Source: an uncultured bacterium
Lineage (GTDB): Bacteria > Verrucomicrobiota > Lentisphaeria > Victivallales > UBA1829
Direction of reading: 5' to 3'
Length of the DNA: 64,000 nucleotides
Assembly: GCA_902780135.1 (NCBI GenBank)
Contig: CACZEK010000013.1
Location: forward strand, 46,470 to 110,469
Within the stretch, counting starts at the first letter, position 1. Each line of letters begins with the position of its first letter. Under the pieces are notes generated by a model, which did not search any database, was not told the DNA's origin, and worked only from the letters and a program-made list of their open reading frames with translations. This document shows positions 37,662 to 47,005 of the stretch, one piece after another. Made by a program: the position numbers and the translations under genes.

Positions 37662-38299
37662 CGGAGACTTTGATTGAGACATGAAAATTCGGGATGATGG
37701 GGTAATTGATACTATAAAAAATATTCTATCCTGTATCCACTCCACCGAAGCTTTTTATTTCGATAAAGCCATTTAAAATCATGTTCAGGTCTTCCCAACA
37801 TATTATTGGCTATTTTCCATATCATAGAAAGTGAAAAAAGGTCTAAAACACCATTACACTGAATTGAAAGTGTAATGCACCCCATTTTTCAAGGGTGACA
37901 TTACGGAAAAGCGGGAAAAAAGTTTGTTTCCGCGGTTTAAGGAAATCCTTAATATAGCACATCTCTTATAGGGGTGCAATATATTCCGGCTGTCCAAAAC
38001 CGTATTCCATTATAAGGAACAAATCAGCGAAAACCTGAAACACTGAAACGACACGCCTCATGATTCTCATCGCAAGACACGGCATTGGAATACGTTTTGT
38101 GCCGCAGCAGCACGAGCGGACGAGACGGACGTGAAAAACAGACCTTTTATCTGTCTATTTCTATTGCCCTACCATCAGTTCTCCATTCGCGCATGTCAGG
38201 TGTTCAAAAAACACGTCCGCAACGTCCGGGCTATTTATTATGAGGAGCACGGCAAGGCTGTGCCGGATGAGGCGGAAAAAAACAGGGGGAAGGAAACCG

Positions 38300-38611
38300 T
38301 TACCCTCTGTCCAGCATGATTGAGCCCAGATTCCGGATGGAATCCAGCGTCGGTTCGAGCATGGCGCGTTCCTCATCCGTCATATCCGGGCCGATCTCCA
38401 GTTCGATGGCCTCGACGTTGTTCAGCATGTTCGTAGCGTTCGCGACTGCTTCATCCCTCTGTTCGGGAGTCATGTCCCCCATCCAGTTGTCGGCGGTATT
38501 GCCCATCATGTTGATCATGCTGCTCATGAACGTCATCATCATCCGCGTTCTTGCCTGGTCCTCCGGCGACATTTCGCGATAGGTGTCGAGTCCCTGCCAG
38601 ACAGTTTCCAC
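38300..38611 (-). CDS. Hypothetical Met-rich protein; probably the 3' part of a gene truncated at its 5' end
   Basis: The only start is a GTG at 38611. The same frame stays open upstream to 38884 with coding-like composition but no ATG/GTG/TTG. See the finding. Confidence 0.35.
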   Translation of the reverse strand: METVWQGLDTYREMSPEDQARTRMMMTFMSSMINMMGNTADNWMGDMTPEQRDEAVANATNMLNNVEAIELEIGPDMTDEERAMLEPTLDSIRNLGSIMLDRG

Positions 38612-38938
38612 GGCTTCTTCCGGGGTCTGCTTGTGGAACTCCTTCTGCGGCCCCTGAGGTTGTTCTGCCGGTTGATCGCCCCAACCCTGGTTGGAACCGC
38701 CAAAATCGGAGAACGTCGAGGCGAGGTCGACTTTCTTCTTGACCTTCGGACCGTGACGGCGGACCTTCGGCGGAGCATCTTCATCCTCTGCATGATCCGC
38801 CTCGGCTGTCGAGGGCGGAATCTGTCTCGTTAGAGAATGCTCCTTCGTTTTGAACAGAAAAGACCACTGCTGTCCGGGGAATGTTCAGGCCGGGAAATTT
38901 CTTCGACAAAAAGAAAAATAGCACCATTCTCTCAAAAG

Positions 38939-39119
38939 TCAAACTTTCTTCATGAGGTGCTGCTTCCATCGCTGCAACCTGATCAGGATGAATCTGATAC
39001 TTGCTCGCAATCTCGGCAATGGTCAATTCCCCGCGCAACGCTTCCAGCGCCACACGGCTCTTGAACTTGCTGTCGTATGTCTTTTCCGGATTTCTCGAAG
39101 ATGCTTTCCGAGGCAGCAT
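38939..39119 (-). mobile_element. Degenerate remnant of an IS3-family transposase orfA (N-terminal HTH part only, frameshifted)
   Basis: 'KTYDSKFKSRVALEALRGELTIAEIASKYQIHPDQV' resembles the IS3-family OrfA (Transposase_8) N-terminus. The expected continuation 'WKQHLMKKV*' is found in a different frame after a 1-nt shift. No orfB, no inverted repeats identified. Confidence 0.6.
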
Positions 39120-39296
39120 CGAAGTATGCGGCAGATAAAGACTGCAGGAGAAGGCAGAGGATTAATCACTTCAATTATCGATTTTTGCGACAACACAGAA
39201 AATATTGAAAAAATGCTTGCTTTTTATCCTCGAGCGTTTATATTAGTGTAGTATAGGCTAACACAAACCACTTTCTTTGAGCTCAAGGAGCCTGCT

Positions 39297-42200
39297 TTGA
39301 ATCAACAATTCAGTTCGGCAAACAAGGCGAAGATCACGATCCTGATCCTCGGTCTTCTGACATTATCCCTGCTCGGATTCCTCTTTTTCAACCTGAACAG
39401 GATGAACCGCAATACCGAAGAGACGAAACGGACCCACGACTATTTCATGGACTGCCACGCGGCGGGCGCTCTGATCCGCCACGGCTCGGACGTCATGACG
39501 AACGCCGTGGAACGCTACGTCATCACGGGGAACTACGTTTTCCGGGACCTTTTCTTCAAGGAAGCGAATATGGACCGGAACCGCGACAAGGGTCTGGAAA
39601 AGGTGAAGGACCTGCCGAACGGTCTGACCGTGCGGCGCGACCTGGAGAACGCCATGCGATATTCCGTGGAGCTGATGGGCCTCGAATTCCACGCCATGCG
39701 CCTGGTCATCTCCGACAAGGAACTGACCGAGCCCGACTGCCCGCCCGAGGTGCGCGACTACATCCTGCCGGAGGACGAGAAATCCGCCTCGCTCGAAGAG
39801 CGGAGGAAGATCGCGGAGAACATCATCTTCGGCCTGAACTATCTCACGTACAAGGACCACATCTATGCCGCCATCGACAAGAGCCTGGACGACGCGGAGA
39901 AATTCCTGACCGACTACCGCAAGAGCCTCACGGACCAATACAAGCGCCTGTTTTTCTACCAGCTTTGCGGATATGCCGGATTCTTCCTGTCCCTGCTCAC
40001 CCTCGTGACGTTCCTGATCCGCCAGCACGGCCGCGCGAACGCGTTTCTCCGCAAGGTGCTGGACAATATCCCGATGCTCTTCTACATCAAGGACGCCCGT
40101 TCGCAGCGTTACGTGGACTGCAACATCGCGTTTTCGCGTTTCGCCTGCCGGAACACGGTCGCGGAAGTGGTCGGCAACAGGGACGCCGAAATCTTCGACG
40201 AAGCCACCGCGCTGCAGATTGAGGAGGACGACAGCAAAACGCTCTCCGTCGACGCGGCCAATTCGTATATCGAGAACACACTCGACGCGCAGGGGAAGCC
40301 GTGCAGTTTCCTGACGACCAAGCTCAAAATCTCCGACCTGGACGGCCACACCTGCATTTTCGGCATGTCCCAGGACGTAACCGAAACCACGCAGAAACAG
40401 CGCAACAACGAGGCGCTGGCCGAAGCTCTGCTCGCTCTTCAGACCAATGAAGCGGTCTCCCATCCGCAGAAGGTGATCGAGGTCATCCGCAAACGCCTCG
40501 ACGCGGACTTCTGCCACCTGATCCGCGTCGACGAGGCGGCCGGCCAGGCGATCGTCGAGCCGGACTGCCATGCCCACCTCGATCCCGCGACCCCCTGCGA
40601 ACGGGTCGTCGCCGACCTGGACGATTTCCTCTATTTCACCAAGCGCGTCGTCGCCCTGGAGCCGTTCGAGATCGACGAACATGCTCCGCTCGAAATCCTC
40701 CGCATGTACGCCGTGCTGGACGCGGAGAACGGCGCATGGCAGCCGACCACGACGTACTCCATGCCGGTCGTCTGCAACGACGACATCTTCGGGTCGCTGG
40801 CGATCGGCTATGCGAAGAAACGCATCCTCTCCGAAAGCGAAAAGGAGTTCATCCAGACGAGCGTGAAGATCCTGGAGAACGCGCTGGAACGCCAGAAGAC
40901 CTACAGAGACCTCAGCGTGGCGAACTCCCGGATCAACCGCGAGTTCGATTTCGTGAACAACATCTTCGAGATCATGCCCATCCCGTGCGCTATCAAGGAC
41001 GTCGAGAACGACTACCGCTGCATCCGCTGCAACGACGCCTACGCCAAACTGTTCCATAAGGACCAGTCGGAGGTCGCCGGAATGAACAGCGCAGACCTTT
41101 TCGCGCCGGAAATCGCGCAGCGCCTCCGCAAGGCCGACAAGGAGGCCGTGCGCGAGAACAAGATGATCTTCGAGGAGCTGGTCTGCGTCTTCCCGGACGG
41201 CGTGGAGCACACGTTCCTCTACCGCCGCGGCCCGATGAACCTGCCGGACGGCCGCCTGGTGCTGTTCTGCGTGGCGGAAGACATCACGGAGCTCCGTCTC
41301 CAGACCAACAAGGTGATCCAGATCAACGAACAGCTTCAGGGCGAATACCAGCGCGCCGTCAACGCCGAGGAGGCCGAGACGTTCTTCGCCAAATCGCTCA
41401 AGTCCATCCTGGCGATGCCGCCCGACCAGGACGCGATCATCCCGAGCATCGAGGAAGTCGGCAAATACATCGACGCCGACCGCTGCTTCATTTATTACAG
41501 TAATAAAAACGACGACGGCGAAGTGCGCTGGAACCTCGCCTACGAATGGTGCGCAGAGGACATCGAACGCAAATTCCAGGGCATATACGACATCCACATG
41601 TTCCCCGACGTCTGCGAGGCGCTCGAAAAAGGCGAGGACTACCTCGCCGCCGACGTGCAGCAGATCAACCCCGTCACGTGCTCCTGGCTCCAGATGCAGA
41701 AGGTCCAGTCGCTCATCATCACGCCGCTCTGCAACGAGAACAACGAGCTCTTCGGCTTCATCGGGTTCGATTTCGTGCGGCAGGCGCAGGAGCGCTTCTC
41801 CGAACGCATCCTCCGAAGCGTGCACGAGGCCGCCGACGTGATCCTGATCTGCCGCGAACGCAACAAGCGCCAGGAGATCATGTTCAGGGCCGTCGCCGAG
41901 GAGAAGCTCCGTTCGGAGATCTTCGAAAGCGCCGCCATCCCGCTTCTGCTCTTCAAGCCGGACGGAGAGGTCGTGACCGCGAACTCGGCCGCGCTCAAGG
42001 CGTTCGGCAACGATCTCCAGCACGTCGTCGGCTGCAAATGCCACGACTTCGTCTGCCAGTACGACTCTCCCCCGGAGAAATGCCCGCTGCGCCATCCCGA
42101 GCAGGATTCGCAGTCGTTCCTGCTCCACCGACGCGACGGCCGGTATTTCGCGATCAAGACGCAGACGATCCGCGACGAAAACGGCGATCCGCAGTACATC

Positions 42201-44054
42201 CTGGAATGCGCGGTCGACATGACGGAGACCCACGAGCTCCACGAGAACGCCGAGGCCATCGCACAGTCGCTCTTCGCACTCCAGTCCGAAAACGTCATTT
42301 CCAGTCCGATCCATGTCCTGAGCATCATCCTGAAACGCCTCTCCGCCGACGCCGTCTACATCGCGCAGTACGACCAGCAGAACGGCGTCGCGTTCATGGA
42401 ACCGGAATACACGCTCTTCAGGAACGGAGGCGTTCTCGAAAAACGCACCGAGGCAAAGCTCGATGATCTCGCCGTCTTCCTCAACCAACTCCAGGACGAA
42501 GGCGTCTGCGAGTTCCACGGCAGCAGCCGCAGCCTGATCGTCAGCGCCTACGAGAAGCATTCCCCCGGCGTTCATATCCCGCCGTGCGAGACCCTCGTAC
42601 TCGTCCCGCTGGAAGTCCGCGGAAAGAGCTGGGGCAACCTCGGCATCTCCTACGCCGCGCACCGTTCCCTCGGCATCCACGAAAAAGACTTCTTCATCCG
42701 CTGCCGCGAAGTGCTCGAAGCCGCGCTGGACCGCAAGCTCACCGACAGCGATCTGCATGCCGCGCTCGACAAGGAGATCGAGGCGGAACGCGCCAAGAGC
42801 TTCTTCTTCTCGGCGGTCAGCCACGACATCCGCACCCCGCTCAACGCCATCATCGGCTACTCCGAACTGCTCATCTGCGGGATCTTGGACGAACAGGAAC
42901 GCTCCAAAGCGCTGTCCGCCATCTCCACCAGCGGCCAGACATTGCTCCAGCTCATCAACGACGTGCTGGACCTTTCCAAGCTCGAATCCGACCGGATGGT
43001 CATCACGCCCGTGCTCACGGACGTCCGCGAACTCGCCTCCTCCGTGCTGCACTCGTTCGACGTGTCCGTCATGAACACCGACGTGGAGCTGAAGGAGGAT
43101 TTCGGTCCCATGCCGCTGCTCGAAGTCGACCCGCAGCGCATCCGCCAGATCCTGTTCAACCTCATCGGCAATGCCGTCAAGTATACGGAACACGGGGAAA
43201 TCCGCGTCAGCGCCGTGTTCCGGAACGACATCGGCGACGAGAAGGGCGTCTTCACGCTCTCCGTCTCGGACACCGGGTGCGGCATCCCGGACGAGGAGAA
43301 GGAAAAGCTTATGAGCCCGTTCGCGAAGGCGGGCGCCGACGCGAAAACCAAGGGAACCGGACTCGGCCTCACCATCTGCAGGCAGCTTGCGGCACGCATG
43401 GGCGGCCATTTCTCGTTCGTATCCGAACTCGGCAAAGGCTCCACGTTCACGCTCGAACTGCGCGACGTGAAGAGCGCACGGCGTTCGCCGGAGACCAACA
43501 AGAAGATCGCCGCCGGACAGGAACTCATCCGCGAACGCATGAAGCGAAGCGAAGCGGCCAAGGGGAAAAAACCGGCTGAGGAACAGAAAATCACGCAGCC
43601 CGCGGAGAAAAAGACGGCTGAGGAACAGAAGCCCGCGCCGCCCGCGGAGAAAAAGCAGAAAAGCGCTCCGATCGCCGTGACGAACAACATGCCGGAACGG
43701 AAGTGCCGCACACTGATCGCGGACGACGTTCCGCTGAACCTCGCGGTCCTGAAGGCGCTCCTCGCGAAGATCGGCATCCGCGACGTCGTGACCGCCGTGG
43801 ACGGAAAGGACGCGTGGGACAAGCTCCAGGCGTCGGAAAAACCGGTCGAGCTGATCCTGACCGACATCTGGATGCCGGAAATGGATGGCCGGGAGTTCGT
43901 CGCAAAGATACGCGCGGACGAACGGTTCAAGGAGCTTCCCGTCTATGCCGTCACCGCCGACATCGAGGAACAGAAACTTTTCGTCGAACACGGATTCACG
44001 GGGATTCTCCTGAAGCCGGTTACCGTCGACAAACTGTCCGGGATTTTCAACTGA
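39297..44054 (+). CDS. Hybrid sensor histidine kinase/response regulator with multiple PAS/GAF-type sensor modules
   Basis: 1585 aa. TTG start with RBS aaggag 6 nt upstream. N-terminal TM 'ITILILGLLTLSLLGFLFF' and a second TM 'FYQLCGYAGFFLSLLTLVTFLI'. HisKA H-box 'FFFSAVSHDIRTPLNAIIGYSELL'. HATPase_c 'GNAVKYTEHG...DTGCGIP...GTGLGLTICRQL'. REC 'TLIADDVPLNLAVLKALL...LILTDIWMPEMDG...AVTAD'. Confidence 0.92.
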   Translation: MNQQFSSANKAKITILILGLLTLSLLGFLFFNLNRMNRNTEETKRTHDYFMDCHAAGALIRHGSDVMTNAVERYVITGNYVFRDLFFKEANMDRNRDKGLEKVKDLPNGLTVRRDLENAMRYSVELMGLEFHAMRLVISDKELTEPDCPPEVRDYILPEDEKSASLEERRKIAENIIFGLNYLTYKDHIYAAIDKSLDDAEKFLTDYRKSLTDQYKRLFFYQLCGYAGFFLSLLTLVTFLIRQHGRANAFLRKVLDNIPMLFYIKDARSQRYVDCNIAFSRFACRNTVAEVVGNRDAEIFDEATALQIEEDDSKTLSVDAANSYIENTLDAQGKPCSFLTTKLKISDLDGHTCIFGMSQDVTETTQKQRNNEALAEALLALQTNEAVSHPQKVIEVIRKRLDADFCHLIRVDEAAGQAIVEPDCHAHLDPATPCERVVADLDDFLYFTKRVVALEPFEIDEHAPLEILRMYAVLDAENGAWQPTTTYSMPVVCNDDIFGSLAIGYAKKRILSESEKEFIQTSVKILENALERQKTYRDLSVANSRINREFDFVNNIFEIMPIPCAIKDVENDYRCIRCNDAYAKLFHKDQSEVAGMNSADLFAPEIAQRLRKADKEAVRENKMIFEELVCVFPDGVEHTFLYRRGPMNLPDGRLVLFCVAEDITELRLQTNKVIQINEQLQGEYQRAVNAEEAETFFAKSLKSILAMPPDQDAIIPSIEEVGKYIDADRCFIYYSNKNDDGEVRWNLAYEWCAEDIERKFQGIYDIHMFPDVCEALEKGEDYLAADVQQINPVTCSWLQMQKVQSLIITPLCNENNELFGFIGFDFVRQAQERFSERILRSVHEAADVILICRERNKRQEIMFRAVAEEKLRSEIFESAAIPLLLFKPDGEVVTANSAALKAFGNDLQHVVGCKCHDFVCQYDSPPEKCPLRHPEQDSQSFLLHRRDGRYFAIKTQTIRDENGDPQYILECAVDMTETHELHENAEAIAQSLFALQSENVISSPIHVLSIILKRLSADAVYIAQYDQQNGVAFMEPEYTLFRNGGVLEKRTEAKLDDLAVFLNQLQDEGVCEFHGSSRSLIVSAYEKHSPGVHIPPCETLVLVPLEVRGKSWGNLGISYAAHRSLGIHEKDFFIRCREVLEAALDRKLTDSDLHAALDKEIEAERAKSFFFSAVSHDIRTPLNAIIGYSELLICGILDEQERSKALSAISTSGQTLLQLINDVLDLSKLESDRMVITPVLTDVRELASSVLHSFDVSVMNTDVELKEDFGPMPLLEVDPQRIRQILFNLIGNAVKYTEHGEIRVSAVFRNDIGDEKGVFTLSVSDTGCGIPDEEKEKLMSPFAKAGADAKTKGTGLGLTICRQLAARMGGHFSFVSELGKGSTFTLELRDVKSARRSPETNKKIAAGQELIRERMKRSEAAKGKKPAEEQKITQPAEKKTAEEQKPAPPAEKKQKSAPIAVTNNMPERKCRTLIADDVPLNLAVLKALLAKIGIRDVVTAVDGKDAWDKLQASEKPVELILTDIWMPEMDGREFVAKIRADERFKELPVYAVTADIEEQKLFVEHGFTGILLKPVTVDKLSGIFN

Positions 44055-44095
44055 ACGAGGTGTCTCCAAACCAGCTTTTGTAACTTGCAGGAGGA

Positions 44096-47002
44096 ATGGA
44101 TTTGAAAACGGAAGACTTGAACCCGTCATCCGGCGGACTCACTCACTATCTGTCTACTTTGGGCGCGCTTGCGCTCTCCTTCGGTTACGCGGTCGGCTGG
44201 GGCGCGTTCGTAATGCCCGGAACGACCTTCCTGCCCGGCGCGGGACCGCTCGGCACCGTGATCGGCGTGCTCTTCGGTGCACTGGCGATGGGGATATTCG
44301 CCGTCAACTACCATCGCCTGACGAACCGGTATTCCGGCCCCGGCGGCGCGGCGACCTTCGCGCAGAGGGTGTTCGGCGAAGACCACGGCTTCGTCGTCGC
44401 ATGGTTTCTCTGGCTGACTTATATCGCCATCCTCTGGGCGAACGCCACTGCCATGATCCTGATCGTGCGCTTCACGCTCGGCGACGTTCTCCAGTTCGGC
44501 TTCCATTACACCGTCGCCGGATTCGATGTGTATTTCGGCGAAGTGCTGCTCGCCATCATCTCGGTCCTTGTCTGCGGCGGAATCTGCCTTGTGAGCAAAA
44601 AGCTTGCCATAATCACGCAGATCGTCTTCGCCCTGATCCTCGCCGGAGGCGTGTTTTACATCTTTTTCTTCGCGCTTGCGCATCACACGGGCGGCATGTC
44701 GGCCATGGCGCCCGCGTTCATGGACGACGTCAACCCCGTTATGCAGATTTCGCGTATCCTGGCGCTGATGCCGTGGGCTTTCGTCGGCTTCGAGGCCATC
44801 ACGCACTCTTCGGGTGAATTCCGTTTCCCGCTGAAAAGGACGGCGGCCATCCTGATCGCCGCAATCGTCATCTCCACCTTTGTCTATCTCTTCCTGGCCC
44901 TGCTGCCGGTCGTCACGCTGGACGCCGACCATCGGTCCTGGATCGAGCACATCAAGGAACTGCCGAACCTTTCCGGCATCAGGAGCGTGCCCGTGTTCGC
45001 CTCGGCGGAACATCTCCTGGGACGGAAGGGTGTCGCGCTGATGTGCACGCTGATGATCGCAGGCCAGATCACGGGCATCATCGCGTCGATCATTGCGATC
45101 AGCCGCCTTATGCACGCCATGTCCAAATCGAATATCCTGCCGAAACGGCTGGGAGAGCTCAACGCCGCCGGGATCCCCAGAAACGCCATCCTCTTCATCG
45201 TCGGCATCTCCTGCGTGATCCCGTTCTTCGGTCGCACCGCTATCGGCTGGCCCGTGGACGTCTCCAGCATCGGCGCGGCGATCGCGTACGGCTACACGTC
45301 CGCGGCGGCGTTCCGGATCCGCGACAACAGCGAAAAATACAGGCATCTCTTCATCAAGGGCTCCGGCCTGGTCGGCGTGCTCTTCTCGATCCTTTTCTGC
45401 CTCCTGCTGGTGATCCCGAACTACATCACGGGCAGCGTCATGGCGGCGCCGTCCTATCTGCTCCTCGCCGTCTGGTGCATCCTGGGCTTCCTTCTCTACC
45501 ACAGAGTGTTCAGGGAGGGACACCAGCACCGTTTCGGACGCTCCATGGTGGTCTGGAATTCCCTCGTCGTCACCATCATCTTTGCCTCCCTGATGTGGGT
45601 GCGCCAGTCCTCGTTCGAAAGCGCCAAGTCCACCATTTACGAGTGCATGACCTTGATCGCCGGGAACGACGGAGCCGAAAAGGAACAGACCATCGAAAAA
45701 CTCGGCTCGCTCAACGTCTCCATGCTCTGCAGTGCGGTCGTCGAGATGACCCTGCTCCTGATCTCGCTTGGGATCCTGTACAGCCTGATTTCCATCCTGC
45801 GCAAACGCGAGCTGAGACTGGCGTCGGAAAAGGCGAAGATCGAGGAGATGAACAAGACAAAAAGCTTTTTCTTCTCGTCCGTGTCCCACGACATCCGCAC
45901 GCCGCTCAACGCCATCATCGGCTACGCCGAGCTCCTGCTCGACGGCATCGACGACCGGGACGAACGGGACAAGGCGCTGTCCGCCATTTCCACCAGCGGC
46001 CAGACCCTGCTTCAGCTCATCAACGATGTGCTGGACCTCTCCAAGCTCGAATCCGGCAAGATGGACATCAAGCCGGAACTCACCGACGTCCGCGAGATCG
46101 TTTCCGCCGTGCTCCACTCCTTCGACGTGACCACCCGGAACAGCGACGTGGAGCTGAAGGAGGAATTCGGCCCGATGCCGCTGCTCGAAGTCGACCCGCA
46201 GCGCATCCGCCAGATACTTTTCAACCTCATCGGCAACGCCGTCAAGTTCACGGAACACGGCGAAATCCGCGTCCGCGCCTCCTTCTGGAACAAGCTGGGC
46301 GGGGAGAACGGCGGCGTTTTCGTTCTCTCCGTCTCGGATACAGGGTGCGGCATCCCGGACGAGGCAAAGGACAAACTGATGAATCCGTTTGTGCAGGTCG
46401 ACACGGATGCGAAGATCAAGGGGACCGGACTCGGCCTCGCCATCTGCAAACAGTTTGCGGCCCGGATGGGTGGCGATCTGTCGTTCGTCTCCGAACTCGG
46501 CAAAGGTTCCACGTTCACGCTGGAACTGCGCAACGTGAAGTTCGCCGCTAAAGCCCCGGATGATGACAAAAAGGCCTCGGACGTCAGGAAAGATATCGAA
46601 AAGGCAAAGAACTGTGCGAACGCGCTCCTCGCGAAGCAGCGCATGCGGAGCTGCCGCATGCTGGTCGTCGACGACGTCCCGCTGAACCTCGCCGTCCTGA
46701 AGGCGCTCCTCACAAGGATCGGTCTGCGCGATGTCGCGACCGCCGTCGACGGGCAGGACGCATGGGAAAAGATTCAGGCGTCGGACAAGCCGTTCGATCT
46801 GATCCTGACCGACATGTGGATGCCGAAGATGAACGGCAGGGACCTGGTCGCGAAGATACGCACGGACGAACGGTTCAAAGACATTCCCGTCTACGCCGTC
46901 ACCGCCGACACCGAGGCGCGGAAGACATTTGCAAAATACGGCTTCACGGGGATTCTCCTGAAGCCGCTGACCATAGACAAACTGTCCGAACTGTTCAACT
47001 GA
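44096..47002 (+). CDS. APC-family amino acid permease domain fused to HisKA-HATPase_c-REC (transporter-hybrid histidine kinase)
   Basis: 968 aa with RBS aggagg. The N-terminal ~560 aa contain >=12 hydrophobic segments with an APC-like start 'LSTLGALALSFGYAVGWGAFVMPG'. A short coiled linker ('RKRELRLASEKAKIEEMNKTK') follows, then H-box 'FFFSSVSHDIRTPLNAIIGYAELL', HATPase_c, and REC ('MLVVDDVPLN...LILTDMWMPKMNG'). Confidence 0.88.
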   Translation: MDLKTEDLNPSSGGLTHYLSTLGALALSFGYAVGWGAFVMPGTTFLPGAGPLGTVIGVLFGALAMGIFAVNYHRLTNRYSGPGGAATFAQRVFGEDHGFVVAWFLWLTYIAILWANATAMILIVRFTLGDVLQFGFHYTVAGFDVYFGEVLLAIISVLVCGGICLVSKKLAIITQIVFALILAGGVFYIFFFALAHHTGGMSAMAPAFMDDVNPVMQISRILALMPWAFVGFEAITHSSGEFRFPLKRTAAILIAAIVISTFVYLFLALLPVVTLDADHRSWIEHIKELPNLSGIRSVPVFASAEHLLGRKGVALMCTLMIAGQITGIIASIIAISRLMHAMSKSNILPKRLGELNAAGIPRNAILFIVGISCVIPFFGRTAIGWPVDVSSIGAAIAYGYTSAAAFRIRDNSEKYRHLFIKGSGLVGVLFSILFCLLLVIPNYITGSVMAAPSYLLLAVWCILGFLLYHRVFREGHQHRFGRSMVVWNSLVVTIIFASLMWVRQSSFESAKSTIYECMTLIAGNDGAEKEQTIEKLGSLNVSMLCSAVVEMTLLLISLGILYSLISILRKRELRLASEKAKIEEMNKTKSFFFSSVSHDIRTPLNAIIGYAELLLDGIDDRDERDKALSAISTSGQTLLQLINDVLDLSKLESGKMDIKPELTDVREIVSAVLHSFDVTTRNSDVELKEEFGPMPLLEVDPQRIRQILFNLIGNAVKFTEHGEIRVRASFWNKLGGENGGVFVLSVSDTGCGIPDEAKDKLMNPFVQVDTDAKIKGTGLGLAICKQFAARMGGDLSFVSELGKGSTFTLELRNVKFAAKAPDDDKKASDVRKDIEKAKNCANALLAKQRMRSCRMLVVDDVPLNLAVLKALLTRIGLRDVATAVDGQDAWEKIQASDKPFDLILTDMWMPKMNGRDLVAKIRTDERFKDIPVYAVTADTEARKTFAKYGFTGILLKPLTIDKLSELFN

Positions 47003-47005
47003 ATG

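Noticed and set aside
37479-37745. 88-aa minus-strand ORF containing 'CQTKRTLPVCQTKRTYPLCQTKRTLPL'.
   Set aside because: The peptide repeat is simply the translation of the three 17-bp DNA repeats. There is no RBS or coding-like composition, and the ORF lies in the promoter region of tssA.
39363-44129. 1588-aa minus-strand ORF opposite the first hybrid kinase. Similar long antisense or alternate-frame ORFs are at 9683-12079, 18517-20424, 15960-17237, 23404-24960, 25723-27249, 28864-30165, 34331-36655, 44126-46258, 51497-52705, 52796-53989, 59713-60939 and 61653-63059.
   Set aside because: These are GC-rich shadow ORFs. Their translations are Arg/Gly/Asp/Val-biased and low in complexity with no motifs, whereas the opposite-strand genes have unambiguous family signatures.
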